A stretch of 64,000 nt of DNA from Alphaproteobacteria bacterium (lineage in GTDB: Bacteria; Pseudomonadota; Alphaproteobacteria; UBA7887): the NCBI GenBank assembly GCA_965216755.1, contig CBDCGL010000011.1:4160001-4224000 (forward strand). Direction: 5' to 3'. Positions 1 through 10,070 of this stretch are shown piece by piece. The translations under genes were made by a program, and so were the position numbers. Positions within the stretch are counted from its first letter, which is position 1; every line of letters starts with the position of its first letter. The notes beneath the pieces were generated by a model. That model worked only from the letters and a program-made list of their open reading frames with translations. It had not been told where the DNA came from and ran no database searches.

Positions 1-219
1 CCATGCTCTTAGCCGTGCCGCTGCGAGAGGTGCGTTGCGTAATTCGCTTTAGCATACGGGCCAAGTTAACCAGTATCGCGTGATCGTATAACCGGGCAAA
101 TTCGGTTGGCGTGGACAAGCGCACGGCGTTCGCTGCGATGATACACGTGTCGGGTATGAGCCCTAGGGCCGCATCGCGAACGATCGATTTCGTGCAAATC
201 AGGAAAGGATACCCATCTG

Positions 220-1083
220 ATGGCCATCGACCCGCAGAAGATCATGGATTGGCCGTTCAAAGCGGTTGAACAGTCCTATACGGCCAAGGACACGATCCTC
301 TATGCCTTGGGCGTTGGGTTGGGTGCCGACCCTTTGGATGAGAGTCAGCTCGACTTCGTCTTCGAAGAGGCGGAGTTCAAGGCCCTACCCACGATGGCGG
401 CGGTTCTGGCCGGACCCGGTTTTTGGGCCCGCGATCCGAACAGTGGTCTCGATTGGATCAAGATCCTGCACGGTGAACAGGGTCTGCGCATCCACAGACC
501 GTTGCCGGTTGCAGCGACCGTCGTTGCGACGACCAAGGTGACGGGCCTGATCGACAAGGGTGCCGAGAAGGGCGCGTTGATTTATCTCGAGCGGACTTTG
601 GCGGACAAAACGACAGGCGTGGCGTTGGCGACTCTCACATCGACCAGCTTCGCGCGTGGTGATGGCGGCTTCGACGGGCCGACCGGCCCGGTGAAACCGG
701 TGCATTCAATTCCGGATCGAGACGCGGACGAGGTTTGCGATCTTTCGACGATTCCCCAAGCCGCTCTGATCTATCGCCTTTCCGGCGACCCTAACCCACT
801 CCACGTCAGCCCCAAAGTGGCGCGGGCCGCCAACTTCAAGGCACCGATCCTGCACGGTTTGTGCACCTTGGGTATTGCTGGCCACGCAATCCTGCGGACC
901 ATGTGCAACTATGATGTCAATCAATTCAAGTCGTTGGACTTGAGGTTTTCAGCCCCGGTCTATCCGGGCGAAACGATCCGGACCCAAATGTGGCGAGACG
1001 GCGCGATCGTGTCGTTCCGTTCGTTGGCGGTCGAACGCGATGTGGTCGTGCTTAACAACGGTCGGGCAGAGGTTGTGCAATGA
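220..1083 (+). CDS. MaoC-family double hot-dog (R)-enoyl-CoA hydratase/dehydratase
   Basis: Hydratase-2 motif [11 protein letters not shown], plus ILHGLCT and LHGEQ. Confidence 0.9.
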   Translation: MAIDPQKIMDWPFKAVEQSYTAKDTILYALGVGLGADPLDESQLDFVFEEAEFKALPTMAAVLAGPGFWARDPNSGLDWIKILHGEQGLRIHRPLPVAATVVATTKVTGLIDKGAEKGALIYLERTLADKTTGVALATLTSTSFARGDGGFDGPTGPVKPVHSIPDRDADEVCDLSTIPQAALIYRLSGDPNPLHVSPKVARAANFKAPILHGLCTLGIAGHAILRTMCNYDVNQFKSLDLRFSAPVYPGETIRTQMWRDGAIVSFRSLAVERDVVVLNNGRAEVVQ

Positions 1084-2231
1084 CGAATCAGTCGAGAACA
1101 GGTCCGTTAGCGGGCGTGCGTGTCGTGGAATTTTCCGGGCTCGGACCGGGGCCATTCTGCGCCATGATGCTCTCAGACATGGGTGCCGAAGTTCTTCGCA
1201 TCGACCGCAAAGGCACGACGATGCGGCGCGAGCCGAAGTATGAAGTGATGAACCGTGGACGGCGGTCCGTCGCCCTGGATCTAAAGTCCCCAGCGGGCGC
1301 AGAGGCCGCCCTGGGCCTGATTGAAAAGGCCGACGCGTTGATCGAAGGGTTCCGACCCGGTGTGATGGAACGGCTGGGTCTTGGCCCCGATGTGGCGCAC
1401 CGGCGGAACGCCAAACTGGTTTATGGCCGTATGACAGGCTGGGGCCAAGATGGCCCGCTAAAGGATGCTGCGGGGCACGACATTAACTATATCGCGCTGG
1501 CCGGCGCCCTTCACGCGATTGGAACAAGAGCCGGCGGGCCGGTGCCGCCGCTCAATCTGGTCGGCGATTTTGGCGGCGGTGGCATGTTCCTCGCCTTTGG
1601 CCTGGTTTGCGGGATCCTGGAAGCGCGATCCTCCGGGAAGGGGCAGGTTGTCGACGCGGCCATGACCGACGGGACCGCCGCGCTGATGGCGATTATCCAC
1701 GGGCTGCGCGCTTGGGATTTCTGGAAGGACGAGCGCGAGAGCAATTGGCTTGACGGTGCTGCGCCGTATTACGGGGCTTACCAGTGCGCCGACGGCAATT
1801 GGATTTGTATCGGCTCGCTCGAACCGCAGTTTTATGCCTTGTTGCGGGAGAAAACCGGTGTGGCCGCCGATCCGGGGTTCGATGATCAGATGCAGCGTAG
1901 CGCGTGGCCTACGCAGAAAGCTCGATTGGCCGAGATTTTCCGATCCAAGACGCGCGCCGAATGGTGCGAGATCATGGAAGGTTCGGATGTGTGTTTCGCG
2001 CCTGTCTTGTCGCTACCCGAGGCCTGGGCACATCCACACAACAAGGCGCGCGGCACTTTTGTTGAAATCGACGGCGTGCCGCAGCCGGCGCCGGCGCCAC
2101 GGTTTTCACGTACGCCACCTGGGATTCCGACTGCGCCGGTTGACCCCGGTCACGACAATCATCAGGCGCTGGCCGATTGGGGCTTCTCTGCTGATGAGAT
2201 TGAGGCACTGAACCAAGCCGGCGCCTTGTAG
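1080..2231 (+). CDS. CaiB/BaiF family III CoA-transferase, alpha-methylacyl-CoA racemase-like
   Basis: [25 protein letters not shown] and NLVGDFGGG motifs; ATGA overlap with the upstream gene. Confidence 0.9.
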   Translation: MTNQSRTGPLAGVRVVEFSGLGPGPFCAMMLSDMGAEVLRIDRKGTTMRREPKYEVMNRGRRSVALDLKSPAGAEAALGLIEKADALIEGFRPGVMERLGLGPDVAHRRNAKLVYGRMTGWGQDGPLKDAAGHDINYIALAGALHAIGTRAGGPVPPLNLVGDFGGGGMFLAFGLVCGILEARSSGKGQVVDAAMTDGTAALMAIIHGLRAWDFWKDERESNWLDGAAPYYGAYQCADGNWICIGSLEPQFYALLREKTGVAADPGFDDQMQRSAWPTQKARLAEIFRSKTRAEWCEIMEGSDVCFAPVLSLPEAWAHPHNKARGTFVEIDGVPQPAPAPRFSRTPPGIPTAPVDPGHDNHQALADWGFSADEIEALNQAGAL

Positions 2232-2277
2232 GTCCACGTCACATCGCTGAAAGATCCAAATAAGGGAGGCATGATCG

Positions 2278-2685
2278 GTGAGCCGAGATCGCGTGATACC
2301 CAAGCCGACGCCGGAAACCCAACATTACTGGGATGGCGCCCGCGTCGGCGAACTGCGCCTGCAGCGATGCGAAGCCTGCGATCATACCTATTTCCCGCCG
2401 CGGCCATTTTGTCCGGATTGCGGATCGCGCAAAGTGAAGGTGGTCAAGGCATCCGGTCGCGCGAAGTTGCTGAGCTATGTCATCAACCATTTGCCGTCGC
2501 CCGGTTTTGACGACGGCCCGTTTGCGATTGCGGTGGTCGAACTGGAGGAGGGGCCGCATATGATGTCGAACATCCTCGAATGCGACCAGACTCCTGAGGC
2601 CCTGCGCCTGGACATGCTGTTGGAAGTGACGTTCGAGTGGCTTTCCGACGACATCGCCTTGCCGCAATTCCGGCCGGCAAAATAG
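2278..2685 (+). CDS. DUF35 Zn-ribbon/OB-fold protein
   Basis: CxxC...PPRPFCPDC zinc ribbon, VELEEGP; directly upstream of a thiolase-like gene; GGGAGG upstream. Confidence 0.9.
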   Translation: MSRDRVIPKPTPETQHYWDGARVGELRLQRCEACDHTYFPPRPFCPDCGSRKVKVVKASGRAKLLSYVINHLPSPGFDDGPFAIAVVELEEGPHMMSNILECDQTPEALRLDMLLEVTFEWLSDDIALPQFRPAK

Positions 2686-2703
2686 CGGCCAGGGGCGACA
2701 GAC

Positions 2704-3846
2704 ATGAAACCGAAATCCGTTGCCATTGTCGGCGCCGCCGAGACCACGGAAATGGGCAAGATACCCGATGTTTCGCAGATCCAGCTGCACGCGGACGCGG
2801 CGTTGAACGCCTTGGCCGATGCCGGATTGACGAACAAAGACATCGACGGTGTCGCGACCGCCGGACACAATCCCACGGAAGTCGCGCACTATTTGGGGAT
2901 CACGCCGACATGGGTCGATGGGACATCGGTCGGTGGCTGTTCCTTTATGATCCATGTCCGCCACGCCGCAGCGGCCATTGATGCTGGGCTGTGCAGCACC
3001 GTGTTGAACACCCATGGGGAAAGCGGCCGCCATTGGGTCGGCCGTTCCGGCGCGTCGGTTTTTCCGTCTCAGTTTCAAATGCAATTTGAGCAACCCTACG
3101 GCGTCACACGCCCGCCGACCATGTTCACGATTCCCGTGCTCCGCTATATGAAAACCTATGGCGTTACAGAGGAACAGTTGGCCTATGTCGCGGTTGTCCA
3201 ACGCGAGTGGGCTGCGCATCACCCACGCGCCACATTTCGCGAACCGATAACCACGGCCGATGTTCTCGGCTCGAAAATGATCTGTTATCCGTTTCGCCTG
3301 CTCATGTGCTGCTTGGTCACCGATGGCGGCGGCGCGTTGATCTTGACCCGAGCGGACCGCGCCAACGATTTTCCGACCAAGCCGGTCTATGTTCTGGGAA
3401 CCGGTGAAAGCGTGGAGACGCCCTTGGTTAGTCAAATGAAGGATCTGACCAGTTCCGCCGCGTTTCGCGTTTCCGGCAAAAAGGCGTTCGAGGAAGCGGG
3501 TATCGGCCACGCCGACGTGGATCACCTGATGGTCTATGACGCATTTGCGCACCTGCCACTTTACGGCCTTGAGGACTTGGGATTTGTCAGCAAAGGCGAG
3601 GCGGCGGATTTCATTGCCGAACGACATACCGCCCCAGGTGGTAAATTGCCGCTGAACACCAACGGTGGTGGGCTCAGCTATATGCATTCCGGAATGTACG
3701 GCATGTACGCGCTTCAAGAAGGGATGCGTCAGATGCGCGGCACGTCGCCGGCGCAAATTGCCGGTGCCGAAGTTTCCGTAGTGCATGGCGTTGGCGGCAT
3801 GTTTGCCGCCAGCGGCACGGTCATTTTGAGCAACGTCGCACCGTGA
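2704..3846 (+). CDS. SCP-x/Ltp-type thiolase-family protein
   Basis: VGGCS, CCLVTDGGGA, YDAF and NTNGGGLSYMH motifs. Confidence 0.9.
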   Translation: MKPKSVAIVGAAETTEMGKIPDVSQIQLHADAALNALADAGLTNKDIDGVATAGHNPTEVAHYLGITPTWVDGTSVGGCSFMIHVRHAAAAIDAGLCSTVLNTHGESGRHWVGRSGASVFPSQFQMQFEQPYGVTRPPTMFTIPVLRYMKTYGVTEEQLAYVAVVQREWAAHHPRATFREPITTADVLGSKMICYPFRLLMCCLVTDGGGALILTRADRANDFPTKPVYVLGTGESVETPLVSQMKDLTSSAAFRVSGKKAFEEAGIGHADVDHLMVYDAFAHLPLYGLEDLGFVSKGEAADFIAERHTAPGGKLPLNTNGGGLSYMHSGMYGMYALQEGMRQMRGTSPAQIAGAEVSVVHGVGGMFAASGTVILSNVAP

Positions 3847-3903
3847 TTCCTGAGCCTGTTTGACAGGGTCGCGGCTCCGCGGTCGCGGCGCGGTGCCGTG
3901 GTC

Positions 3904-5148
3904 TCAAGAGCCGGATCGCGACAAACGATCCATGCGGTCGCGTAAAGGTGGGTGGGCCAAAAGCAACGCCGCATACAGTGGGTCGGGTGTTAGGCTGGTT
4001 AGATTATTGCGATGCAGTTTCACCAGGGCACGCGACAGCGTGGCGCCTGTTCCGAGGCCTGAGGCAAACGCGTCGGCGTCGTATTCGAATGCCCGTCGGA
4101 TATGGGCGTCTATCGGTCTGGTGATTTGCTTGCCGGCAATGTATAGCGCGACAATCGCGATCAGCATCGCATGCGCGCTCGGTGGGCTCAGCGCCAATCC
4201 GGACAAGAACCAGGGATTTATGGAAAGTAACATAACGAATAGTAATAAAATGAGTCGTGCCGCCGCCGTGATCGCGAAATAGGTGATGACATGACGATGG
4301 CGGAGATGGCCAAGTTCATGTGCGACCACGGCTTCCACCTCTGACGCCGTCAATAGTGTCGTCAAGGTATCATTGAGAACAATCTGGCGGTGTGTGCCAA
4401 TGCCCTGGACCCGTGCATTGGCGTGAAGCGAGCGCCCGGACGTCTCGGCGACCAGAACCGTGTCGACGGGGAGTCCGGCGCGTTTGGCGAGATCAAACAG
4501 ACGGCCCGACAATGTCGAATCCATCGGTGTGTAACGCGAGTCGAGCCACGGCGAAATCGCGATCGGATGCAGCCACAACAAAGCAAGGTCACAGATCGTC
4601 CACGCACCCCAAAGCATGATCCACCAATGCGGCCCGCTGGCGTTGATGATCGCTATCGCGACCGCCGCCCCGCACAGATTCAGTGTTCCGCGCACCGTCG
4701 CGCGTTTCAGACGGTCGGCGGCAAATGAGCCCAGGGTCATTCGGTTGAGGCCGAAAGCTTGGCCAATGCCAAATGTTTCCCACATGTGAAGCGGCAGGCG
4801 GAGGAGATAGGTCGCCACCATCATGGTACCGATCACGGCCAATCCCTTGACCAGCGGCGTCAGCGCCAATTCCGACCACGCACCGTCGACCGCGCGAAAG
4901 CCACCGCCCACGGTCCACGCGAGCAGCAAACACGTGTCCAAGACAGCGGTCGCGTGCGTGAGGTGTTGGCGCGCCAGCGTGTATTGTGCGCCCCGTTGGT
5001 GTGCCGTGAGCTGGATGTTTTCACGGAGGATTGCCGGGAGGCGTGCGTGATTGGCGCGCACATGGGCGCTGTTGCGCGCGCCCAACCAGGTGAACGCGCC
5101 ATAGCTGAGGCAAACAATGCCGACGAAGAGGATCCCGAAATTGTTCAT
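3904..5148 (-). CDS. M48 (Ste24/CaaX-like) membrane zinc metallopeptidase
   Basis: HELGH zinc motif, AFEYDAD, HPPLRDR, multiple TM segments. Confidence 0.88.
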   Translation of the reverse strand: MNNFGILFVGIVCLSYGAFTWLGARNSAHVRANHARLPAILRENIQLTAHQRGAQYTLARQHLTHATAVLDTCLLLAWTVGGGFRAVDGAWSELALTPLVKGLAVIGTMMVATYLLRLPLHMWETFGIGQAFGLNRMTLGSFAADRLKRATVRGTLNLCGAAVAIAIINASGPHWWIMLWGAWTICDLALLWLHPIAISPWLDSRYTPMDSTLSGRLFDLAKRAGLPVDTVLVAETSGRSLHANARVQGIGTHRQIVLNDTLTTLLTASEVEAVVAHELGHLRHRHVITYFAITAAARLILLLFVMLLSINPWFLSGLALSPPSAHAMLIAIVALYIAGKQITRPIDAHIRRAFEYDADAFASGLGTGATLSRALVKLHRNNLTSLTPDPLYAALLLAHPPLRDRMDRLSRSGS

Positions 5149-5433
5149 CGTCGCAGCGGCGTCCTTCGGCGACTGAGACAGCGCGAATCCGCCCCAGTCT
5201 ATATCCGTTCTAATTATAAGGGCTTTGAATATTGGTCATTGATTGCATCTGCTACAGCAAATTAGTAACAAACGAAACTAGTTCGCAGAGCTTGAGGACC
5301 GGATTTGCCCGGGCGGGATGGCGTCAACCGCTGTGTCCAGATGGGTCGTTCACACTCATGACGGCACTCGCCACCTCAAGCTCAAGCCGAGCACGGTCCC
5401 GCACCTTATCGCGGGAGATAGAGGAGATAAGCC

Positions 5434-5508
5434 ATGAAATGGGTTGATCCTGCCTATTGTGATTTGCGGTTGGGCTTTGAAGTCACCGCATATGTCTACG
5501 TTCGTTAG
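5434..5508 (+). CDS. pqqA: PQQ precursor peptide PqqA (MKWVDPAYCDLRLGFEVTAYVYVR)
   Basis: Translated by hand; below the ORF-track cutoff. RBS GAGGAG at 5421-5426, conserved W-x-x-P...GFE-x-x-x-Y motif, immediately upstream of pqqD/pqqE. Confidence 0.95.
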   Translation: MKWVDPAYCDLRLGFEVTAYVYVR

Positions 5509-5511
5509 TAG

Positions 5512-5550
5512 GCAAATTAGGGGGGACGTGTCATGCGTCCCCCCGTTTGC
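5512..5550 (+). terminator. Stem-loop after pqqA (partial terminator or mRNA stabiliser)
   Basis: GGGGGGACG (5520-5528) pairs with CGTCCCCCC (5536-5544); outer GCAAA/TTTGC. Confidence 0.7.
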
Positions 5551-5586
5551 TTAACGTGGTGCATGATGGTGATGAAGGCGGCGCGC

Positions 5587-5871
5587 ATGGCTGATCCTGA
5601 CAAGCTGACACGGCTCGATCACATCGAGATTGATCCCATGTATCTGTTTCGATGGGAAGAATCGCAACAAGCACACGTGCTGCTTTATCCCGAAGGTATC
5701 GTCAAACTCAATCAAACCGCCGGGGAGATCCTGAAGCGCTGTACCGGCCAGAAGTCGGTTGGTGAAATCATCGACGAGTTGGAAGAGGTATTCGTCGATG
5801 GCGATGTTGCCTCTGGCGTACTGAAGTTCTTGGAGGCGTCCAATGCCAAAGGCTGGATCAGACGCAAGTGA
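5587..5871 (+). CDS. pqqD: PqqD peptide chaperone (RiPP recognition element)
   Basis: FRWEESQQAHVLLYPEGIVKLNQTAGEIL, typical of PqqD; start moved to the ATG at 5587. Confidence 0.92.
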   Translation: MADPDKLTRLDHIEIDPMYLFRWEESQQAHVLLYPEGIVKLNQTAGEILKRCTGQKSVGEIIDELEEVFVDGDVASGVLKFLEASNAKGWIRRK

Positions 5872-7000
5872 AGTTGGTCTCGACGGGCTCGGTAAACCGC
5901 TTTGGTTATGCCTTGAGCTGACCTATCGGTGCCCGCTGAAATGCCCGTGGTGCAACAACCCGGTCGATTTTGACGAGTACCGCGACGAACTTGACACCGA
6001 TGAGTGGAAGCGCGTGTTGCGCGAAGGGCGGGCATTGGGGTCGCTGCAACTGGGCTTTACCGGCGGTGAACCCGCCATGCGCGATGATCTGGAGGAACTG
6101 GTCGCGGAAGCGGAGTCTCTAGGGTATTACACCAATCTCATCACTTCGGGTATCGGGCTCAGCGCCGAACGGCTACAGGACCTGAAGAACTGCGGCCTGC
6201 ATCAAATCCAACTCAGTCTGCAATCGTCGCGGCGGGATATCACCGACGCCTTGGTCGGCGCGCGCGCCTTTGACAAGAAAATAGAGATCGCCGAGGCGAT
6301 CAAGGCGGCGGGGTTCCCGATGGTCCTCAACGTTCCGGTATGCCGCCAGAATATTGGCGACACCGCGGACATTTTGACGTTGGCCGAGCGCATCGGCGTC
6401 GACTATCTCGAATTTGCCAATATTCAGTATTACAACTGGGCGCTGCTCAATCGGAGTGAACTGTTGCCGAACCGCGCGGAACTGGAATCGGCGGAAGCTG
6501 CCGTGAACGAAGCCCGCGATCGGCTTGGAGATCGGATGACGATCTACTTCGTTATCCCCGACTACTATGATGGCCGCCCAAAGGCGTGCATGAACGGGTG
6601 GGGCAGCATTCATTTGACGATTGCACCGGACGGCACCGCCCTGCCATGCCAAGAAGCACGGGTCATTCCGGGCATGAATTACCCGTCGGTTCGCGACCAG
6701 GGCTTGGCTGAGATTTGGCACGATTCTTTGGCATTCAACAGATTTCGCGGCGACGCGTGGATGACCGAACCATGTCGCGGATGCAATGAAAAGGCCAAGG
6801 ATTTTGGCGGTTGTCGGTGCCAGGCATTCCTGTTAACGGGCGACCCGGCGAACACCGATCCGGCGTGCGCCAAGTCGCCGCAACATGACTTGATCGAGGC
6901 TGCCATTGCCGATGCCGCGAAGCCACGACCGTTTCGCCTGCCGTTGGTCCGGCGCCATGCGAGCGCGGTGACCACGGCATTTGCTGGCAATGCAGTATGA
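5843..7000 (+). CDS. pqqE: PqqE radical SAM/SPASM peptide cyclase
   Basis: ELTYRCPLKCPWC, FTGGEP, KACMNGWG, PCRGC...DFGGCRCQA...DPAC. Confidence 0.93.
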   Translation: MPKAGSDASEVGLDGLGKPLWLCLELTYRCPLKCPWCNNPVDFDEYRDELDTDEWKRVLREGRALGSLQLGFTGGEPAMRDDLEELVAEAESLGYYTNLITSGIGLSAERLQDLKNCGLHQIQLSLQSSRRDITDALVGARAFDKKIEIAEAIKAAGFPMVLNVPVCRQNIGDTADILTLAERIGVDYLEFANIQYYNWALLNRSELLPNRAELESAEAAVNEARDRLGDRMTIYFVIPDYYDGRPKACMNGWGSIHLTIAPDGTALPCQEARVIPGMNYPSVRDQGLAEIWHDSLAFNRFRGDAWMTEPCRGCNEKAKDFGGCRCQAFLLTGDPANTDPACAKSPQHDLIEAAIADAAKPRPFRLPLVRRHASAVTTAFAGNAV

Positions 7001-7104
7001 AGACGCCCCTGGACACGCCCGCTGGCACGATCATCTCCGGCGTCGCCTTAACTGTGATTCTAATCATGCTGGTGCGGCTGATCGTGCAAGTCACGGGTGG
7101 ATGA
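6997..7104 (+). CDS. 35-aa single-TM micro-protein (MKTPLDTPAGTIISGVALTVILIMLVRLIVQVTGG)
   Basis: Translated by hand; ATGA coupling to the pqqE stop; one hydrophobic helix. Confidence 0.6.
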   Translation: MKTPLDTPAGTIISGVALTVILIMLVRLIVQVTGG

Positions 7105-7142
7105 GGTATCGCTGATTCCAGGCTCAAAAGGATGACGTAGGC

Positions 7143-7652
7143 GTGGAAACGGCCATCATTGACTCCGTTTTGCGTTGGATACATTTCCTCGCAGGGATTA
7201 TCTGGATTGGCCACAACTACGCCGGCATGGTGTTAGTGCCGCGATTTCGCCCCTACGATCCGGCTCAAGACGCGGCCGAAGTGTTGACATCGTCTTACAT
7301 GGGGCGGCAATCACGTGAACACGCCGTTTTTCGCTACAGCGCCATCGTCACTTGGGGCGCAGGGGTCGCGCTGCTGTGGCAACAAGAGCGACTGGTCGAC
7401 GCGCTCATGCTCAGGGCTTATGACGCGCCCATCGGCGTTGGCACTTGGATCGGAACGATTATGTTGCTCAATCTGTGGCTAGTGATGTGGCCACATCAAA
7501 AGAAGGTGCTCGGGTTTGTGCCGGCGCCGGTCGAAGAACGCGTTCGTTGCTCGCGTGTGACTTTTCTCTCCGCACGAATAAACAGTATGCTATCGATTCC
7601 CTTGTTGTTTTTGATGGCAGCCAGCGCACACGCGCCGAATTTGTTTAGCTGA
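7143..7652 (+). CDS. Urate hydroxylase PuuD N-terminal-like membrane protein (no cytochrome c domain)
   Basis: LRWIHFLAGIIWIG, IMLLNLWLVMWPHQKKVLG, SARINSMLSIP; no CxxCH. Confidence 0.72.
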   Translation: METAIIDSVLRWIHFLAGIIWIGHNYAGMVLVPRFRPYDPAQDAAEVLTSSYMGRQSREHAVFRYSAIVTWGAGVALLWQQERLVDALMLRAYDAPIGVGTWIGTIMLLNLWLVMWPHQKKVLGFVPAPVEERVRCSRVTFLSARINSMLSIPLLFLMAASAHAPNLFS

Positions 7653-7657
7653 CAGCG

Positions 7658-8824
7658 ATGATGGAAGATGCAAAGACGCGGCTGACACAACGAAACTGCG
7701 CCCACGATATGTCCGCGTCAATGGGTCCAAAGCGGCCACACGGCGTGTCGTCAGTCTATAACTTCGCGGCTGGCCCGACGATGATGCCGCATCAGGTGCT
7801 GGCGCGGGCACGCGACGAACTACTGAATTGGCACGGCACCGGTATGTCGGTTTGGGAATTGCCGTTCACCGGAGCGCCGTTTCGCCACCTGGCGGCCGTG
7901 GCACGGCAGCGCCTTCGTGAACTTCTCGATGTGCCTGAGAATTATCGCATTCTGTTTATGCATGGTGGTGCGTCGGCACAATTTTCGTTGGTGCCATTGA
8001 ACTTGGCGCGCGACGCACCGGTCGACTATGTCGAAACCGGTCATTGGGCGCGGAAGGCGATTCGTGAAGGCCGACGTTATGCCCATGTCAACGTTGTCGC
8101 GAGCAACGCTGGCCAAGGGTTCACGTGCATGCCTGCGCCTGAGACTTGGCAACTGACAAAGGGTGCGGCTTATTGCCACGTCACCACCAACGAAACGGCA
8201 AATGGCCTCCAGTTTCATCACACGCTTGATGCCGGCAGCACGCCCCTGGTGGCTGATGCGACGTCCGATTTCTTGGCGCGACCACTCGATGTTGGGAAAT
8301 TCGGGCTTGTCTACGCCGGGGCGCAAAAGAATATCGGCCCCGCCGGGCTGACCATTGTCATCGTCCATCGCGACCTGCTTGGAGCGGCACGTGCCGAAAC
8401 ACCGACAGTGCTCAATTATCAAGTTCAGGCCGACAGCGATTGTATGGTCAATACGCCGTTGACATACGCGATATATTTGGCGGGACTGGTGTTTGCGTGG
8501 CTGGCTGAGCAAGGCGGTGTAACGGCGATGGCGACGATCAATCGTCGGAAGAGTGCGCGCCTCTATGCGGCTATCGACAGCACGGCTTTCTACCAGTGCC
8601 CCAATGCCCCGGCGGACCGATCGCACATGAATGTTTGCTTCGGGCTGGCCGACCAACAGCTGGAAGGCCGGTTTTTGGCCGAAGCCGAGACAGAGGGGTT
8701 GTGCAATCTAAAGGGCCATACCGCGGTCGGTGGTATCCGCGCCAGCCTCTACAACGCGATGCCGGAAGCGGGCGTCAAGGCGCTGATGGATTTTATGGTC
8801 GAGTTCGAACGCCGGTACGGTTGA
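7658..8824 (+). CDS. serC: Phosphoserine aminotransferase (E. coli-type, PLP class V)
   Basis: YNFAAGP, GGASAQF, YAGAQKNIGPAG (PLP Lys), NTP, KGHTAVGGIRASLYNA; true start may lie slightly downstream. Confidence 0.88.
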   Translation: MMEDAKTRLTQRNCAHDMSASMGPKRPHGVSSVYNFAAGPTMMPHQVLARARDELLNWHGTGMSVWELPFTGAPFRHLAAVARQRLRELLDVPENYRILFMHGGASAQFSLVPLNLARDAPVDYVETGHWARKAIREGRRYAHVNVVASNAGQGFTCMPAPETWQLTKGAAYCHVTTNETANGLQFHHTLDAGSTPLVADATSDFLARPLDVGKFGLVYAGAQKNIGPAGLTIVIVHRDLLGAARAETPTVLNYQVQADSDCMVNTPLTYAIYLAGLVFAWLAEQGGVTAMATINRRKSARLYAAIDSTAFYQCPNAPADRSHMNVCFGLADQQLEGRFLAEAETEGLCNLKGHTAVGGIRASLYNAMPEAGVKALMDFMVEFERRYG

Positions 8825-8941
8825 CGGCCGCGGCCTGATATCTACGGCCCGCCTCCGCCTCATTAGCTACAACGAATTTAGGGAATTGTAATCTTCTCGA
8901 TGTATGCCGGTTCCTGGCCCTAAAAGCATCAGGAGCTGGCT

Positions 8942-9877
8942 GTGATTACTGAACGTATTGACCACATCACCCGCATTCCCCAGGACTATAAGTCAGCTTG
9001 TCCGCCGTGCCCCAAAAGCGTCAAGATCGAGCTAACAGCTCGTTGTGACTTCAAGTGTTTCTTTTGTGCCACCGGCGCCAAACTGCGAAAAACCGGCGAT
9101 ATGGATTGGGACTTGCTGCGCCGATTGCTGACGGAAATGCGTGACGCCGGCGTCGAAGAGATCGGCTTGTTCTACCTCGGTGAGTCGTTTCTCTACAGCA
9201 AGCTTCCCGACGCGATCGCTTACGCGCGCAAGCTTGGCTACCCATACATCTTCCTGACGACCAACGGCAGGCTCGCAAAACCCGAGCGGGTCCGCGCCTG
9301 TATGGCGGCCGGCCTCGACAGCCTCAAATTTTCGTTTAATTGGGCGGACCAGGCCCAATGCAAAGACATCACCCGGGTCGACGCCTTCGAGACCGTTGTT
9401 GCCAACATCAAAGCTGCGCGAGAGGTCCGCGACGACGTTGAAAAGGCGAGCGGCCATCGCTGCGGTCTGTACGCCTCGTCGATCCAATATGACGGCGCGC
9501 AACAAGAGCGCATGGCGCGGGCCGTGCAAGAGATCGAGCCTTACGTCGATGAACATTATTGGTTGCCGCTCTACGGCCAAGCTGGATTGACGGCGGGCGC
9601 CAACGGCACGACTCCCGTGGCCGGCAATGTCGGTCGGGTCGGTGCCTTGCGTGATCCGCTGCCGTGTTGGGCGGTGTTCACCGAAGGTCACATCACCTTT
9701 GACGGCCATTTGTCAGCATGTTGTTTCGACCATGATGGGCGGTTCAACATGGGCGATCTCAACACCATGTCTTTTATGGAGGCGTGGCATAGCGGAACAT
9801 TCCAAGCGCTCCGAGAGGCCAATTTGGCGCAGGATGTCACCGGCACGCCATGCGAGCAGTGCATCGCCTACGGCTAA
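8942..9877 (+). CDS. Radical SAM protein with SPASM/Twitch-type C-terminal domain, function unknown
   Basis: CDFKCFFC; LPCW...DGHLSACCFD...PCEQC; RBS AGGAG before the GTG start. Confidence 0.88.
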   Translation: MITERIDHITRIPQDYKSACPPCPKSVKIELTARCDFKCFFCATGAKLRKTGDMDWDLLRRLLTEMRDAGVEEIGLFYLGESFLYSKLPDAIAYARKLGYPYIFLTTNGRLAKPERVRACMAAGLDSLKFSFNWADQAQCKDITRVDAFETVVANIKAAREVRDDVEKASGHRCGLYASSIQYDGAQQERMARAVQEIEPYVDEHYWLPLYGQAGLTAGANGTTPVAGNVGRVGALRDPLPCWAVFTEGHITFDGHLSACCFDHDGRFNMGDLNTMSFMEAWHSGTFQALREANLAQDVTGTPCEQCIAYG

Positions 9878-10070
9878 TCACCGTATAGCGTAAGACGCGC
9901 ACTATAAAGCGCGCTAAACCACATGTTGTGTCGCCGCACGGCGACGCGTACTCTTTCGCCCGCAGTTGAACTGTCGGCGCTGCGCCAAGGTGCCGCATCC
10001 GGCGGGTGGGCCGGGCCACCGCAGGCATGTGCGCATGCTGTCGTTGCCAGCGTTGTCTACGCGCGGAGCA

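Noticed and set aside
2239-3786. 515-aa minus-strand ORF
   Set aside because: Antisense shadow of the DUF35 and thiolase genes, with no motifs
5232-5246. Possible sigma-54 promoter upstream of pqqA (TGGTCATTGATTGC)
   Set aside because: GG-to-GC spacing is 9, not the required 10
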